Origin: Amphiscolops sp. MND2022
Lineage: Eukaryota
NCBI GenBank assembly: GCA_964187785.1
Contig: OZ076409.1
Coordinates: forward strand, 67,334,001 to 67,398,000
DNA length: 64,000 nucleotides
Direction of reading: 5' to 3'
The position numbers and the translations under genes were made by a program. Position 1 is the stretch's first letter. Every line of letters begins with the position of its first letter. The notes beneath the pieces were generated by a model. It had not been told where the DNA came from. It did no database searches and saw only the letters and a program-made list of their open reading frames with translations. Positions 13,405-24,764 of the stretch are shown piece after piece.

Positions 13405-14827
13405 AAGTTTTTCTGAGAGTTCGTACCCTCGTATAGTGTTTGTGAAATCATGGAAACTGACTGCATCTTGAAACCTGAACATTCGTCCATAAAAGCAGGA
13501 GAGATTTGCTCAGACTGCGGTCTTGCTCGGGAATTCATTTCATTTATCTTTCCGCAATTCAGGTCTTTATGATCACAGCAACGTTCTAAAAAGGTGAATA
13601 AATATTTGATATTCAATACCTTGCTTGTAGCTATCAATCATTTTTTGTCAAATTCAAGGTGTGCACGACAGGAAAGTGACAGCTTTCGACAAAAGGAACA
13701 AACTCCTAATGAGAGACAAGCGGTTATGACGTATTTAAACGAACTTTGAAAATATTAATTGTATACAACAGTTTCAATTCTTCATTCTAAAAAAAGCTGG
13801 GAACAGGCTCTACAGTCACTGGATATGAGACTTACGAGAGCGATGTTTCTGCAATTTTTCAAGGTAAGCAAAAAACGATGACTACACATATTTTCTGCCT
13901 ATTTTTTAAAACCTTTATTTTTCAAATTGTTTCCTATAAACTCGTAAGCTCAGCAAAACTCCAAATTCATCTATATTTTTCAGTAGAGAAAATTTGTAAT
14001 TTGTAAAGACTTCATTTTGCTTTGGGCATGAAAATCAAATACCCAAGGGTGTTGTTTAAATTTAGCCACCACCAACTTTTCTTATATGATAGAGCCGAAA
14101 TTGTAGACTTCATTGTTTAAAGCAATTGTTTCTCGATTCAAACCAAAAATTTTTTTTCTTTCAAGAGTCACTTATGTTCTCTTAATTTCTTGAACTAAGT
14201 TTTCGAATCTGTTGCTCAATTCTTGTCTCCTCTCAGCTAGTTCTTCATGTGTTTATTATACCTCGTTCCTGGCTTCAGATCATTTCACAGGGAATTATTA
14301 GCAACTTCAACTAAAGTCTTATTGTCTTGAAACTCTGTCTCTGACTTCCTTTCCATTCCGTCCTGGGACAGGTATTCAGATCTCCTCAATCTTCTTTTTT
14401 TGTTTGATCTCGAACTATCTTCTGTTTGATTTGAAGTAAATCAAATAAGGAAATGCCGAAGCTAAATCTATCTCAAGAGATAATTGAATATTTCGGAAGA
14501 GATGGAGATATGCCTCAATATATACTAGGGTACCAAAAAGCTAAAGACAATCGATTCAAATCCCAACAAAGTTTTACAGAGTGAATTGACAAAAAAAGTC
14601 TCAGGAGCAAAACTTCGAAGGAGCAAATGGACTCAAATTGTGTTGACACAAAACACAACGATTACGTAATGAACGGTCGCTTGCTTGAGTGAAGAACTGT
14701 GTGTGCGCTCGCCATACAAATCGCACATTGAACATTAGCATTGCCTCATTTCAAAAGTGAAACATTTCAACGTTTTGAAACATTTAAAACATTGTTACTT
14801 CCTGTTTTATTTTGCCGAAAACTTATC

Positions 14828-15718
14828 ATGTCGGTAAGAGCTGAAGCACAACAAGACAGGGAACTACTGGCCAACATCCAGGATGAAGGTTTGCGGCATT
14901 ATCTGGAAAAACTCTCGGAGAAGGTTGATCAAAATCATTCTGATACAAACAAAAGGTTGGACGAACTTTTCAAACTTTATGATGATATAAATGAGCGGCT
15001 TCGAGCACAAGAGAGGTACTCAAGTAAAGATTCTCTCATTATCAACAATCCCCCTTTTGACCCGAGGGATGAAAAAAATCTTTTGAAAAACATATTGGAA
15101 TTCATCACTGGTACCTTAAAAGTTCGAGATGTAGATAGATACAGCTTCAAAGCCTATCACTTGCTACCACGTCCATATCTCCCAGATAACTTGATGCTAC
15201 CCATAATAATAAAGTTTGTTTACTTCAATGACAAAGACAGAGTTTTGGCGGCGAGAAAACTTCTCAAAAAAGTTAAAAATACAATAAATGGGAAAAATAT
15301 CTATATCAACGAACGCCTCCCATCCTTCGATAATCAACTAAAGAAAGACGCTGAAGCCTTGAACTACATAACGACAACACGGAACTGTATTGTATCAGTC
15401 TTGTGTGAAAAAGCAGATGGAACCAAGCTGTTTATTCCCATCAAAAGTGCAGAAGACCTCAAAGCATTGCGGAACCCTGTTGAAAGACCTGCCAATTTGT
15501 ATGGAAGTGCTCCAGAAACTGCAGCGAAGAGAAAATTTAGCGTGATAAAAAACGATGAGGAGAAAATGATGATGATTTTTGCGTCCATGTCACCCGAACA
15601 AAAGTTTTCTTGGAGAAAGCCAAAGCTGATAACGAAAACAACTGAATATAGAAAGAAAACTACACTTTCTCTATATAAACATAAACAATTAAGCATTTGT
15701 GTTCCTTATTTAATCTAA
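14828..15718 (+). CDS. LINE ORF1 protein (coiled coil plus L1-ORF1-like RRM/CTD region)
   Basis: First ATG at 14828. Motifs LRAQERYSSKDSLIINNPP, PIIIKFVYFNDKDRVL and IYINERL are typical of invertebrate LINE ORF1. The C-terminal tail may be frameshifted. Confidence 0.85.
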   Translation: MSVRAEAQQDRELLANIQDEGLRHYLEKLSEKVDQNHSDTNKRLDELFKLYDDINERLRAQERYSSKDSLIINNPPFDPRDEKNLLKNILEFITGTLKVRDVDRYSFKAYHLLPRPYLPDNLMLPIIIKFVYFNDKDRVLAARKLLKKVKNTINGKNIYINERLPSFDNQLKKDAEALNYITTTRNCIVSVLCEKADGTKLFIPIKSAEDLKALRNPVERPANLYGSAPETAAKRKFSVIKNDEEKMMMIFASMSPEQKFSWRKPKLITKTTEYRKKTTLSLYKHKQLSICVPYLI

Positions 15719-15847
15719 ACTTGGATAAAAGAGCAAATTATTACTCTCTTTGAAATCATGATGAAAACTTAGGGTATAAAAAAAACGATTGTACAATTAA
15801 TCTTATAACGTTTTTGCATTTATTCGTTTATTTTTCATGTCTTTTTA

Positions 15848-15973
15848 TGTGGGGACGATTCTCCGTTTCCCACAGCAGCGATTCTCCGCTGCCCAAGAAA
15901 AAAAAACAAAAGAAAAAGGCGAAAAAGAAGAAAAATTTCGAAATGTAGTAGAGACGATTCTCCGTCTTTGCTG
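15848..15973 (+). promoter_or_regulatory. Three stem-loops with identical ATTCTC loop in the LINE inter-ORF spacer
   Basis: tgtggggacg-attctc-cgtttcccaca (15848-15874), gcagcg-attctc-cgctgc (15875-15892), tagtagagacg-attctc-cgtctttgctg (15946-15973). Function unknown. Confidence 0.7.
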
Positions 15974-16218
15974 TTTTCTGTTTTTCATACTTTTTTTCTC
16001 TCTATTCAAAACAACATTTGCCAAATTTCTGCATGTGACCCAGGCGATTGGCATGACATAGGCGCACATCAGTTCTTTGTTGCAACAAATTCGACCTTTC
16101 ACTTTGCAAGAAACCAACAAGAGACAAAAACACTAAAAACACTGCCGCCTTGTAACGAAAAAAAAAATAAACCAAAAGTTTGACTGCAAATTTGAAAAAC
16201 CAAAACTTCGAGAACTGT

Positions 16219-18999
16219 ATGGTAGAGGGGTTGACATTTTTCTATAATAATATAAGATCAGTATCAACAAACTTAGGTGATCTAGAAATTTTGATAGCAG
16301 AATCAAAACCATCTGTTATCGCACTAACTGAAACGTGGTTTAAGAACGAAAATGATGTAGAACTTTATAGCATAGACGGATACCACAGACCATTTACCAG
16401 TACTAGGAATAAAAGACGAGGTGGAGGAGTAGCAATTTATGTTACGTTAGACTTGGAAGCAGAACTAATACACACTGATGAGATACATGAGTCAGTATCA
16501 GTAAAAATTAGTGACTCCAAAAAGAAAAAGAAAATCACTGTTTCTTGTTTTTACTGTGAACCTTCCAGAAACAGAAACCAGTATCTAGAACACGTTGAAG
16601 AAGTGTTGATGAAAAATGGCGACGGTTTACAAATAGCATGTGGTGACTTCAATATTGATCTCTTGAACGTGTCCCTTGCAGCACGGGTAACGCTAGAATA
16701 CTTGATGTCTTCACAAGGACTTGATTTGGTTAGTTTGAGAGAACCTACTAGAGAAACTGCTACATCAAGTACATGTATAGATTCGATATACAGCAATGTT
16801 CCTGTTCAACGATCCCTGATAGTAAAGACTACATTCTCTGATCACTACAGCTTGAAATTGGATATCAATATATACCATGAGGTCGTAGAAAACATCTATG
16901 AATTTAGATCCTTGAAAAAATTAGAAGATCCTCTCTACTGTGAAAAGTTTCTCTTTTACTTGAGTCATTCTCTGGGGAAAATTGATGAGGTAAACACAGA
17001 AGCCGAAGCATATCTTGATAAGGTTGCACAACTACTTCACGATGCCACAGACAAATACTTTCCGCTAAATAAAGTAAAAAGACGCGTTTGCAAAAAAACA
17101 TGGATAACAAATCGTATAAAACGGCAAATAGCTACTAGAGATAAACTGTACCAGCTATGGATCAAAACAAAAACAGAGCTTGATCACGAAAAACACAAAA
17201 AGAAACGGAATGAAGTCAACATGGAGATTAAAATTGCAAAACGAAATGAAGTTCAAAACAAAATTGAGCAAAATAATCCAAAAGAACTGTACAGACATAT
17301 TAAAAAAATGAAAGGAACTGACACCCAAGTGAAAAATTTTGGAGGACTATCTGTTGAAGACTTCAATAAATATTTCGTCACTGCTTGTGATAAACAAAAT
17401 AACACGTCCGCTCCTAAATGGAAAAGTCAGCAAGTTGACCAACCGCAATCTATGTTTCTACGTCCAGTAAATGATGATGAAATATTGAAAATTATCGCAA
17501 CATTGAAAAACAAAAAATCTGTTGGAAAAGATGGTGTAGATGTCAGAGTTTTAAAGAAAGCGGCACAAATTGTTAGTCCTTACCTAAAAACTGCCTTTAA
17601 TAAATGCATTTCAGAAGGAGTTTTCCCCCAAAGTATGAAAATTGCCAAAGTAGTTCCAATTTTTAAAGCCGGAGAAAAAAATTTACCTTCAAATTACAGA
17701 CCAATCTCAATTTTGGGTAATTTATCAAAAGTATTTGAGAAAGTAATCCACGAAAGATTGATGAACTATCTAGAAAAGTTTTCACTCCTTTCGGAAAATC
17801 AATACGGATTCAGGAAAAAGAAAAATTGTATCCAAGCAGCAACATCGCTATATAAAATAATAGAAGAAAATTGGCAATCCAAAGCCAAAACGAACTGCAT
17901 TTTTGTCGACTTCAGGAAAGCATTTGATTCAGTTGATCATAAAATCTTGTTAGAAAAGTTGTACCATTATGGTATTAGAGGGATTCCTCATAAGCTCTTG
18001 GAAAATTATCTGGCAAATAGATTTCAGTATGTTAAAATTGAAAATGAATGTTCAAAAATGAGATCGATAAAACGTGGAGTACCACAGGGATCTATTCTTG
18101 GCCCACTTTTGTTTCTTGTATATATTAATGACCTGGGTGCAGATGAAAATTGGCAGAGCGAAGTTGTAAAATATGCTGATGACACAGTTATGATAGAAAA
18201 ATTAAACTCTAGATCAGATGACAAAAGTTTATTTCAAAGCTGGCTGAATGAAAATGACGTTGACTGTAATTACATGAAAATGAAGTTTGTTGTTTTCGAG
18301 AAGAGATCAGTAAATCATCCAAATATAGCAATTGGGGATCATGAAATTTCCTCATGTGAAAACTACAAGTACTTGGGCATACATTTTGATAAAAAATTGA
18401 ACTTTGAAGTGCACATTAGTAAAATCACTGGGAAACTTGCACGACAGAGTGGAATTCTTTACAAATTAAGAGAAACACTGAACAAAAGACAGTTAGTACA
18501 ATACATCGGATCATATATATCGCCAATTATTCAATATGGGGTTCTTTTGTATGGTTTAAGCCCGAAAACAAGACTACAAAAAATCATGGTACTTCAAAAA
18601 AAAATAATTCGGATAGCATTCCGACTTCCACCAAGGGCTAGTGTAATGGCAAAATTTAAAGAGCTAAAAATTGGCACAGTTTTTGAATACCATATATACG
18701 AAGTTTTCAAGTACTCTATTAATGAGATTCGAAATGGTTTCAAAAATTTGAAGATTGGGGCTCAAACCAGGCAGACAAGAAACAGAAGCCTAAACGTTTG
18801 GAACTTCGCTGCAAAAACTGATCGGCTAGATTCTCATGCAATAATACTAATGAATGCTTTACGCAAGTGGAGTGTCTTGCCGTCCGAGGAAAATATATGT
18901 GAAATGGATGAAAAGCAGGTTCAAAACTTCTATCACCAAATTTCAGATCTATATATTTTTGGCAACGGTGAACTGATCGATCTCCTCTACAATAGATAA
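16219..18999 (+). CDS. LINE ORF2: apurinic-like endonuclease plus reverse transcriptase
   Basis: APE motifs NNIRS, LTETW, GGGVAIYV, GDFNID, TCID, SDH. RT motifs NYRPIS, QYGFR, DFRKAFD, GVPQGSILGPLLF, YADD, YKYLG. The frame is open from 16180 and the first ATG is at 16219. Confidence 0.97.
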   Translation: MVEGLTFFYNNIRSVSTNLGDLEILIAESKPSVIALTETWFKNENDVELYSIDGYHRPFTSTRNKRRGGGVAIYVTLDLEAELIHTDEIHESVSVKISDSKKKKKITVSCFYCEPSRNRNQYLEHVEEVLMKNGDGLQIACGDFNIDLLNVSLAARVTLEYLMSSQGLDLVSLREPTRETATSSTCIDSIYSNVPVQRSLIVKTTFSDHYSLKLDINIYHEVVENIYEFRSLKKLEDPLYCEKFLFYLSHSLGKIDEVNTEAEAYLDKVAQLLHDATDKYFPLNKVKRRVCKKTWITNRIKRQIATRDKLYQLWIKTKTELDHEKHKKKRNEVNMEIKIAKRNEVQNKIEQNNPKELYRHIKKMKGTDTQVKNFGGLSVEDFNKYFVTACDKQNNTSAPKWKSQQVDQPQSMFLRPVNDDEILKIIATLKNKKSVGKDGVDVRVLKKAAQIVSPYLKTAFNKCISEGVFPQSMKIAKVVPIFKAGEKNLPSNYRPISILGNLSKVFEKVIHERLMNYLEKFSLLSENQYGFRKKKNCIQAATSLYKIIEENWQSKAKTNCIFVDFRKAFDSVDHKILLEKLYHYGIRGIPHKLLENYLANRFQYVKIENECSKMRSIKRGVPQGSILGPLLFLVYINDLGADENWQSEVVKYADDTVMIEKLNSRSDDKSLFQSWLNENDVDCNYMKMKFVVFEKRSVNHPNIAIGDHEISSCENYKYLGIHFDKKLNFEVHISKITGKLARQSGILYKLRETLNKRQLVQYIGSYISPIIQYGVLLYGLSPKTRLQKIMVLQKKIIRIAFRLPPRASVMAKFKELKIGTVFEYHIYEVFKYSINEIRNGFKNLKIGAQTRQTRNRSLNVWNFAAKTDRLDSHAIILMNALRKWSVLPSEENICEMDEKQVQNFYHQISDLYIFGNGELIDLLYNR

Positions 19000-19067
19000 A
19001 TAAGTGTCAAACCTCTACCTCAACCAAGTTTCTGTTTTAACCAATAACTCATACCTTTTTGTTGTAA

Positions 19068-19113
19068 AAAAGGATTCCTCACGAAAAGCCTTTGTGCTTG
19101 TAGGAATTCTTTT
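19068..19113 (+). promoter_or_regulatory. LINE 3' UTR stem-loop (likely RT recognition signal); second copy at 22198-22243
   Basis: aaaaggattcct/aggaattctttt 12-bp stem enclosing aagc-ctttgt-gctt. L2/CR1-group LINEs are known to use 3' stem-loops. Confidence 0.7.
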
Positions 19114-19774
19114 CAGGGGCTTTTATATATATATATTTTTACTTTGAAATTATGGAACATGTATAACGCCACCTGATAAATTCAATTATTATAAATTCCT
19201 ATCAGAAGTACAGAAGTTTTTTTTTACTATTTTATGTTTTATGTTTTTGATGAAGCAAAACTTCAAGGCAGCAAAACAGACTCAAATTCTGATCAACTAA
19301 ATGAATTACCATGAATTGAAGCTTCAAATAAAAATTACAGAACTTATAACACTTAGCTTACATTTTTGACACTTAGCTTACATTTTTGTATTTTTGACTG
19401 TTGGTATTTCTGAAATTTATCATAACATATATCAAAAGTTGCTGTCCGTAACCAAAAATGTCGGCAATAAACTTTGTACCTTTGATTCAGATCTCTAACT
19501 TTTGACTTTGACACTTTTTCGGAACACTCCCTTCCTAAAAATATCGTGTAAACTTCAAAGAGCGGGTGTCAAGGCTACAAAATGATCGTAAGATGTTTTT
19601 CGTCTGTCAGTGTTTTTTTTGAGGTATTGCGTAATGAAGTTCGAAAACTCCTCAAAATACTAATTTATATAACTTTTGAAAATTTGGTTCGACTTCAAAA
19701 CAAAAAATAACGTTGTATTTCTAATCGAAATTTGAGATACTTTTGACTCAGGGACTTTTTTGTAGAACGAGTAT

Positions 19775-20060
19775 ATGATAAGATGTTGCGCTTCGAAACT
19801 TTTCGTCAGCCAAATCGAGTGTCTATATTTTTGGTACCCTAAGGTCAAAGTTGGTATTGAGAGGGTTCGAGTTTGCAACCCATTTAGAAGGATTAAGGGA
19901 TTGAATCAAAGGATCGGGTTTGGTTTTTTCTGTCTCGCAACACCGTTTATGAATTTAAAAACTTAAGAAAACTGATGGCCATGCCACACGCCACTATTGT
20001 CATGCGGTCAACTCTGATGAACCTACCGTGTTTCGGTCTAGACAACTAGCGAGTTGTTTA
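19775..20060 (+). pseudogene. Possible decayed Penelope-like element 3' end with degenerate hammerhead; duplicated at 22905-23190
   Basis: Translation W..KVKV..E....FRRIKGLN resembles a GIY-YIG C-terminus. It is followed by caact-CTGATGA-(accg tgttt cggt)-...aactag..-agttg. Confidence 0.3.
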
Positions 20061-20581
20061 CTAACAAACTCTGAAGAACTACTATACGCATTTATCATGT
20101 ATTCACGTACATTTCTTTTGTTACGAAACGGTTAATTGGAAAGAGATTTAATTTAGTAATCCGCGTTTTTTAACCCCAGCCTTGGAATAAAATAACTATG
20201 ACGTCACGGAAATCTCAAAGGTAAAAAGAAATCACAGTAACTAAACCCGCTGGTGTACTTTTGGCAATCTTGAGTTATATAGATAGTGTTTTTAAATTAC
20301 AGCATTTCGATCATCACGCCGATCTTTCGAAAATATGATTTTCTGCGTTTTTCCGCAGGATGATTTAGCATGGCGGAATTCACAGTGATTCATGATTCAG
20401 CATAATGGTAATCGTTAAGAATAACTATCAAATAAAAAGGAAATGGGAATAAAATTAGAGATGAAAAGAAGTGAAATAGGACCACTCGATGTTAAATGGA
20501 TTCAATGCAGATTTGTAAAATGTTCAAAATAACACGTCCGCTCCTAAATGGAAAAGTCAGCAAGTTGACCAACCGCAATCT

Positions 20582-22129
20582 ATGTTTCTACGTCCAGTAA
20601 ATGATGATGAAATATTGAAAATTATCGCAACATTGAAAAACAAAAAATCTGTTGGAAAAGATGGTGTAGATGTCAGAGTTTTAAAGAAAGCGGCACAAAT
20701 TGTTAGTCCTTACCTAAAAACTGCCTTTAATAAATGCATTTCAGAAGGAGTTTTCCCCCAAAGTATGAAAATTGCCAAAGTAGTTCCAATTTTTAAAGCC
20801 GGAGAAAAAAATTTACCTTCAAATTACAGACCAATCTCAATTTTGGGTAATTTATCAAAAGTATTTGAGAAAGTAATCCACGAAAGATTGATGAACTATC
20901 TAGAAAAGTTTTCACTCCTTTCGGAAAATCAATACGGATTCAGGAAAAAGAAAAATTGTATCCAAGCAGCAACATCGCTATATAAAATAATAGAAGAAAA
21001 TTGGCAATCCAAAGCCAAAACGAACTGCATTTTTGTCGACTTCAGGAAAGCATTTGATTCAGTTGATCATAAAATCTTGTTAGAAAAGTTGTACCATTAT
21101 GGTATTAGAGGGATTCCTCATAAGCTCTTGGAAAATTATCTGGCAAATAGATTTCAGTATGTTAAAATTGAAAATGAATGTTCAAAAATGAGATCGATAA
21201 AACGTGGAGTACCACAGGGATCTATTCTTGGCCCACTTTTGTTTCTTGTATATATTAATGACCTGGGTGCAGATGAAAATTGGCAGAGCGAAGTTGTAAA
21301 ATATGCTGATGACACAGTTATGATAGAAAAATTAAACTCTAGATCAGATGACAAAAGTTTATTTCAAAGCTGGCTGAATGAAAATGACGTTGACTGTAAT
21401 TACATGAAAATGAAGTTTGTTGTTTTCGAGAAGAGATCAGTAAATCATCCAAATATAGCAATTGGGGATCATGAAATTTCCTCATGTGAAAACTACAAGT
21501 ACTTGGGCATACATTTTGATAAAAAATTGAACTTTGAAGTGCACATTAGTAAAATCACTGGGAAACTTGCACGACAGAGTGGAATTCTTTACAAATTAAG
21601 AGAAACACTGAACAAAAGACAGTTAGTACAATACATCGGATCATATATATCGCCAATTATTCAATATGGGGTTCTTTTGTATGGTTTAAGCCCGAAAACA
21701 AGACTACAAAAAATCATGGTACTTCAAAAAAAAATAATTCGGATAGCATTCCGACTTCCACCAAGGGCTAGTGTAATGGCAAAATTTAAAGAGCTAAAAA
21801 TTGGCACAGTTTTTGAATACCATATATACGAAGTTTTCAAGTACTCTATTAATGAGATTCGAAATGGTTTCAAAAATTTGAAGATTGGGGCTCAAACCAG
21901 GCAGACAAGAAACAGAAGCCTAAACGTTTGGAACTTCGCTGCAAAAACTGATCGGCTAGATTCTCATGCAATAATACTAATGAATGCTTTACGCAAGTGG
22001 AGTGTCTTGCCGTCCGAGGAAAATATATGTGAAATGGATGAAAAGCAGGTTCAAAACTTCTATCACCAAATTTCAGATCTATATATTTTTGGCAACGGTG
22101 AACTGATCGATCTCCTCTACAATAGATAA
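20582..22129 (+). CDS. RT-only ORF created by the tandem duplication (C-terminal 515 aa of ORF2)
   Basis: Identical to ORF2 from MFLRPV onward and lacks the endonuclease domain. Confidence 0.85.
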   Translation: MFLRPVNDDEILKIIATLKNKKSVGKDGVDVRVLKKAAQIVSPYLKTAFNKCISEGVFPQSMKIAKVVPIFKAGEKNLPSNYRPISILGNLSKVFEKVIHERLMNYLEKFSLLSENQYGFRKKKNCIQAATSLYKIIEENWQSKAKTNCIFVDFRKAFDSVDHKILLEKLYHYGIRGIPHKLLENYLANRFQYVKIENECSKMRSIKRGVPQGSILGPLLFLVYINDLGADENWQSEVVKYADDTVMIEKLNSRSDDKSLFQSWLNENDVDCNYMKMKFVVFEKRSVNHPNIAIGDHEISSCENYKYLGIHFDKKLNFEVHISKITGKLARQSGILYKLRETLNKRQLVQYIGSYISPIIQYGVLLYGLSPKTRLQKIMVLQKKIIRIAFRLPPRASVMAKFKELKIGTVFEYHIYEVFKYSINEIRNGFKNLKIGAQTRQTRNRSLNVWNFAAKTDRLDSHAIILMNALRKWSVLPSEENICEMDEKQVQNFYHQISDLYIFGNGELIDLLYNR

Positions 22130-24764
22130 ATAAGTGTCAAACCTCTACCTCAACCAAGTTTCTGTTTTAACCAATAACTCATACCTTTTTGTTGTAAAAA
22201 AGGATTCCTCACGAAAAGCCTTTGTGCTTGTAGGAATTCTTTTCAGGGGCTTTTATATATATATATTTTTACTTTGAAATTATGGAACATGTATAACGCC
22301 ACCTGATAAATTCAATTATTATAAATTCCTATCAGAAGTACAGAAGTTTTTTTTTACTATTTTATGTTTTATGTTTTTGATGAAGCAAAACTTCAAGGCA
22401 GCAAAACAGACTCAAATTCTGATCAACTAAATGAATTACCATGAATTGAAGCTTCAAATAAAAATTACAGAACTTATAACACTTAGCTTACATTTTTGAC
22501 ACTTAGCTTACATTTTTGTATTTTTGACTGTTGGTATTTCTGAAATTTATCATAACATATATCAAAAGTTGCTGTCCGTAACCAAAAATGTCGGCAATAA
22601 ACTTTGTACCTTTGATTCAGATCTCTAACTTTTGACTTTGACACTTTTTCGGAACACTCCCTTCCTAAAAATATCGTGTAAACTTCAAAGAGCGGGTGTC
22701 AAGGCTACAAAATGATCGTAAGATGTTTTTCGTCTGTCAGTGTTTTTTTTGAGGTATTGCGTAATGAAGTTCGAAAACTCCTCAAAATACTAATTTATAT
22801 AACTTTTGAAAATTTGGTTCGACTTCAAAACAAAAAATAACGTTGTATTTCTAATCGAAATTTGAGATACTTTTGACTCAGGGACTTTTTTGTAGAACGA
22901 GTATATGATAAGATGTTGCGCTTCGAAACTTTTCGTCAGCCAAATCGAGTGTCTATATTTTTGGTACCCTAAGGTCAAAGTTGGTATTGAGAGGGTTCGA
23001 GTTTGCAACCCATTTAGAAGGATTAAGGGATTGAATCAAAGGATCGGGTTTGGTTTTTTCTGTCTCGCAACACCGTTTATGAATTTAAAAACTTAAGAAA
23101 ACTGATGGCCATGCCACACGCCACTATTGTCATGCGGTCAACTCTGATGAACCTACCGTGTTTCGGTCTAGACAACTAGCGAGTTGTTTACTAACAAACT
23201 CTGAAGAACTACTATACGCATTTATCATGTATTCACGTACATTTCTTTTGTTACGAAACGGTTAATTGGAAAGAGATTTAATTTAGTAATCCGCGTTTTT
23301 TAACCCCAGCCTTGGAATAAAATAACTATGACGTCACGGAAATCTCAAAGGTAAAAAGAAATCACAGTAACTAAACCCGCTGGTGTACTTTTGGCAATCT
23401 TGAGTTATATAGATAGTGTTTTTAAATTACAGCATTTCGATCATCACGCCGATCTTTCGAAAATATGATTTTCTGCGTTTTTCCGCAGGATGATTTAGCA
23501 TGGCGGAATTCACAGTGATTCATGATTCAGCATAATGGTAATCGTTAAGAATAACTATCAAATAAAAAGGAAATGGGAATAAAATTAGAGATGAAAAGAA
23601 GTGAAATAGGACCACTCGATGTTAAATGGATTCAATGCAGATTTGTAAAATGTTCAAAAGTTGGGCTGTTGGTTTTGTTTCTCGACAGCAAATTTTGCGC
23701 CTACAATTTGTAAAGCTACAGCCAAACACGTTAAACTTGGCTCATATAACGTTTTAAATTGTAAGAAACTTATTGTAATAAGAAGCGGTAGAAAATATGA
23801 ATTTGAAAATCGGAAATAATTTTGCATAGTGCAAAGATCGAATATCGACTCACTGTTGCAAAATAGCCGAACAAAATAAATACTACAGATCACACAAAAA
23901 TTGTGCAAAAGAGAAAAAACGAGACTAGATGATGAGTTATCCTCTAATAGAAATATTAGGAAATGTTAAGTTGTACGAACATTGTTTAAGAAGCTCATCT
24001 CGTAGAAAAATTCCCGAGGAACAAATCAGACTTTTTTGCCGACGAAAATGAAAACTAGCCTGGAGCTGAATCATTACCCAAATTAGAGCAATGACCGCCG
24101 TTTCTAGCAGTAATAAGGCTGCTGAAACAGGCTCAAAGAAAGCTGGAAATATGGTTTTTACAAAAATTTCAGGATTTTAAGGTCTTTCCTTTGTAACTTT
24201 CCGATAGTGGGTCTGGACGTTTGAGAGCATATTTCTCCGCCTCTGGAATCGACAGGAGTGATAAATTGCAAGTTTTGGAAAGCCCTTGAAATGACCTTTC
24301 ATTTGGTACATTCGCATTTCTCAGTCCTAAACAGGTGAGCAGTTGTTAGGATTCTCATCAAAATTTTGGAAGCCAGACTACGTTATCGTAATTTTTCACG
24401 CATTTTTGAATGCAAAATTTTTTCAGCAGGTTCAAGCATTTTGATTATGAAAACGAGTAGAATAGTCGTTGTTGGGTGAAATGAGCCTTTAGATTGAGTC
24501 TCGGCTGCTTGAACCGAAGGTATAGTGTTTTTTTGATAATCTTAAAATTTTGTCCATCGTGATAAGATACGATCTTGGAATAAGTATTATCTTAGTAAGA
24601 TCTTAATAAGAATCTTGCCATGGGATCCATGGTTGCCAAGATCCAGTAAGAATTTGGCAAGATCTTACCAAGACAGCCAAGATGCTAGTAAGAGGGTCAA
24701 CCCGGGCAGTACTAACAAGGAATATACATGTATAATATATATCACGATTATTGAAGGCTCAAAA

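Larger units (their letters stand above)
14660..19190 (+). mobile_element. Apparently full-length non-LTR retrotransposon of the CR1/L2 group (Crack-like); boundaries approximate
   Basis: ORF1, then a spacer, then an uninterrupted APE-RT ORF2 with no RNase H, then a short 3' UTR with a stem-loop ending near gataaattcaatt. No clear TSD seen. Confidence 0.9.
17395..23654 (+). repeat. Exact tandem duplication, 2 x 3130 bp (17395-20524 and 20525-23654)
   Basis: Sequence and ORFs recur at offset 3130. CAAAA microhomology at 17395, 20525 and 23655. No differences seen on spot checks. Confidence 0.97.

Noticed and set aside
13790..13870. Possible extra exon ending caag|gtaagc at 13863
   Set aside because: Good donor, but no clear acceptor or recognisable peptide; cannot be supported without transcripts.
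15364..15696. Antisense ORFs within the LINE (also 16551-16796 and 18024-18224)
   Set aside because: Shadows of the sense coding frame with no motifs.
16010..16120. PHD-finger remnant upstream of ORF2 (AKFLHVTQAIGMT)
   Set aside because: Spacing is suggestive, but the cysteines are absent, there is a stop, and the frame differs from ORF2.
20525..22320. Independent 5'-truncated LINE insertion or second RT gene
   Set aside because: Identity continues ~1.3 kb beyond the LINE end and the junction has microhomology, so this is a segmental tandem duplication.
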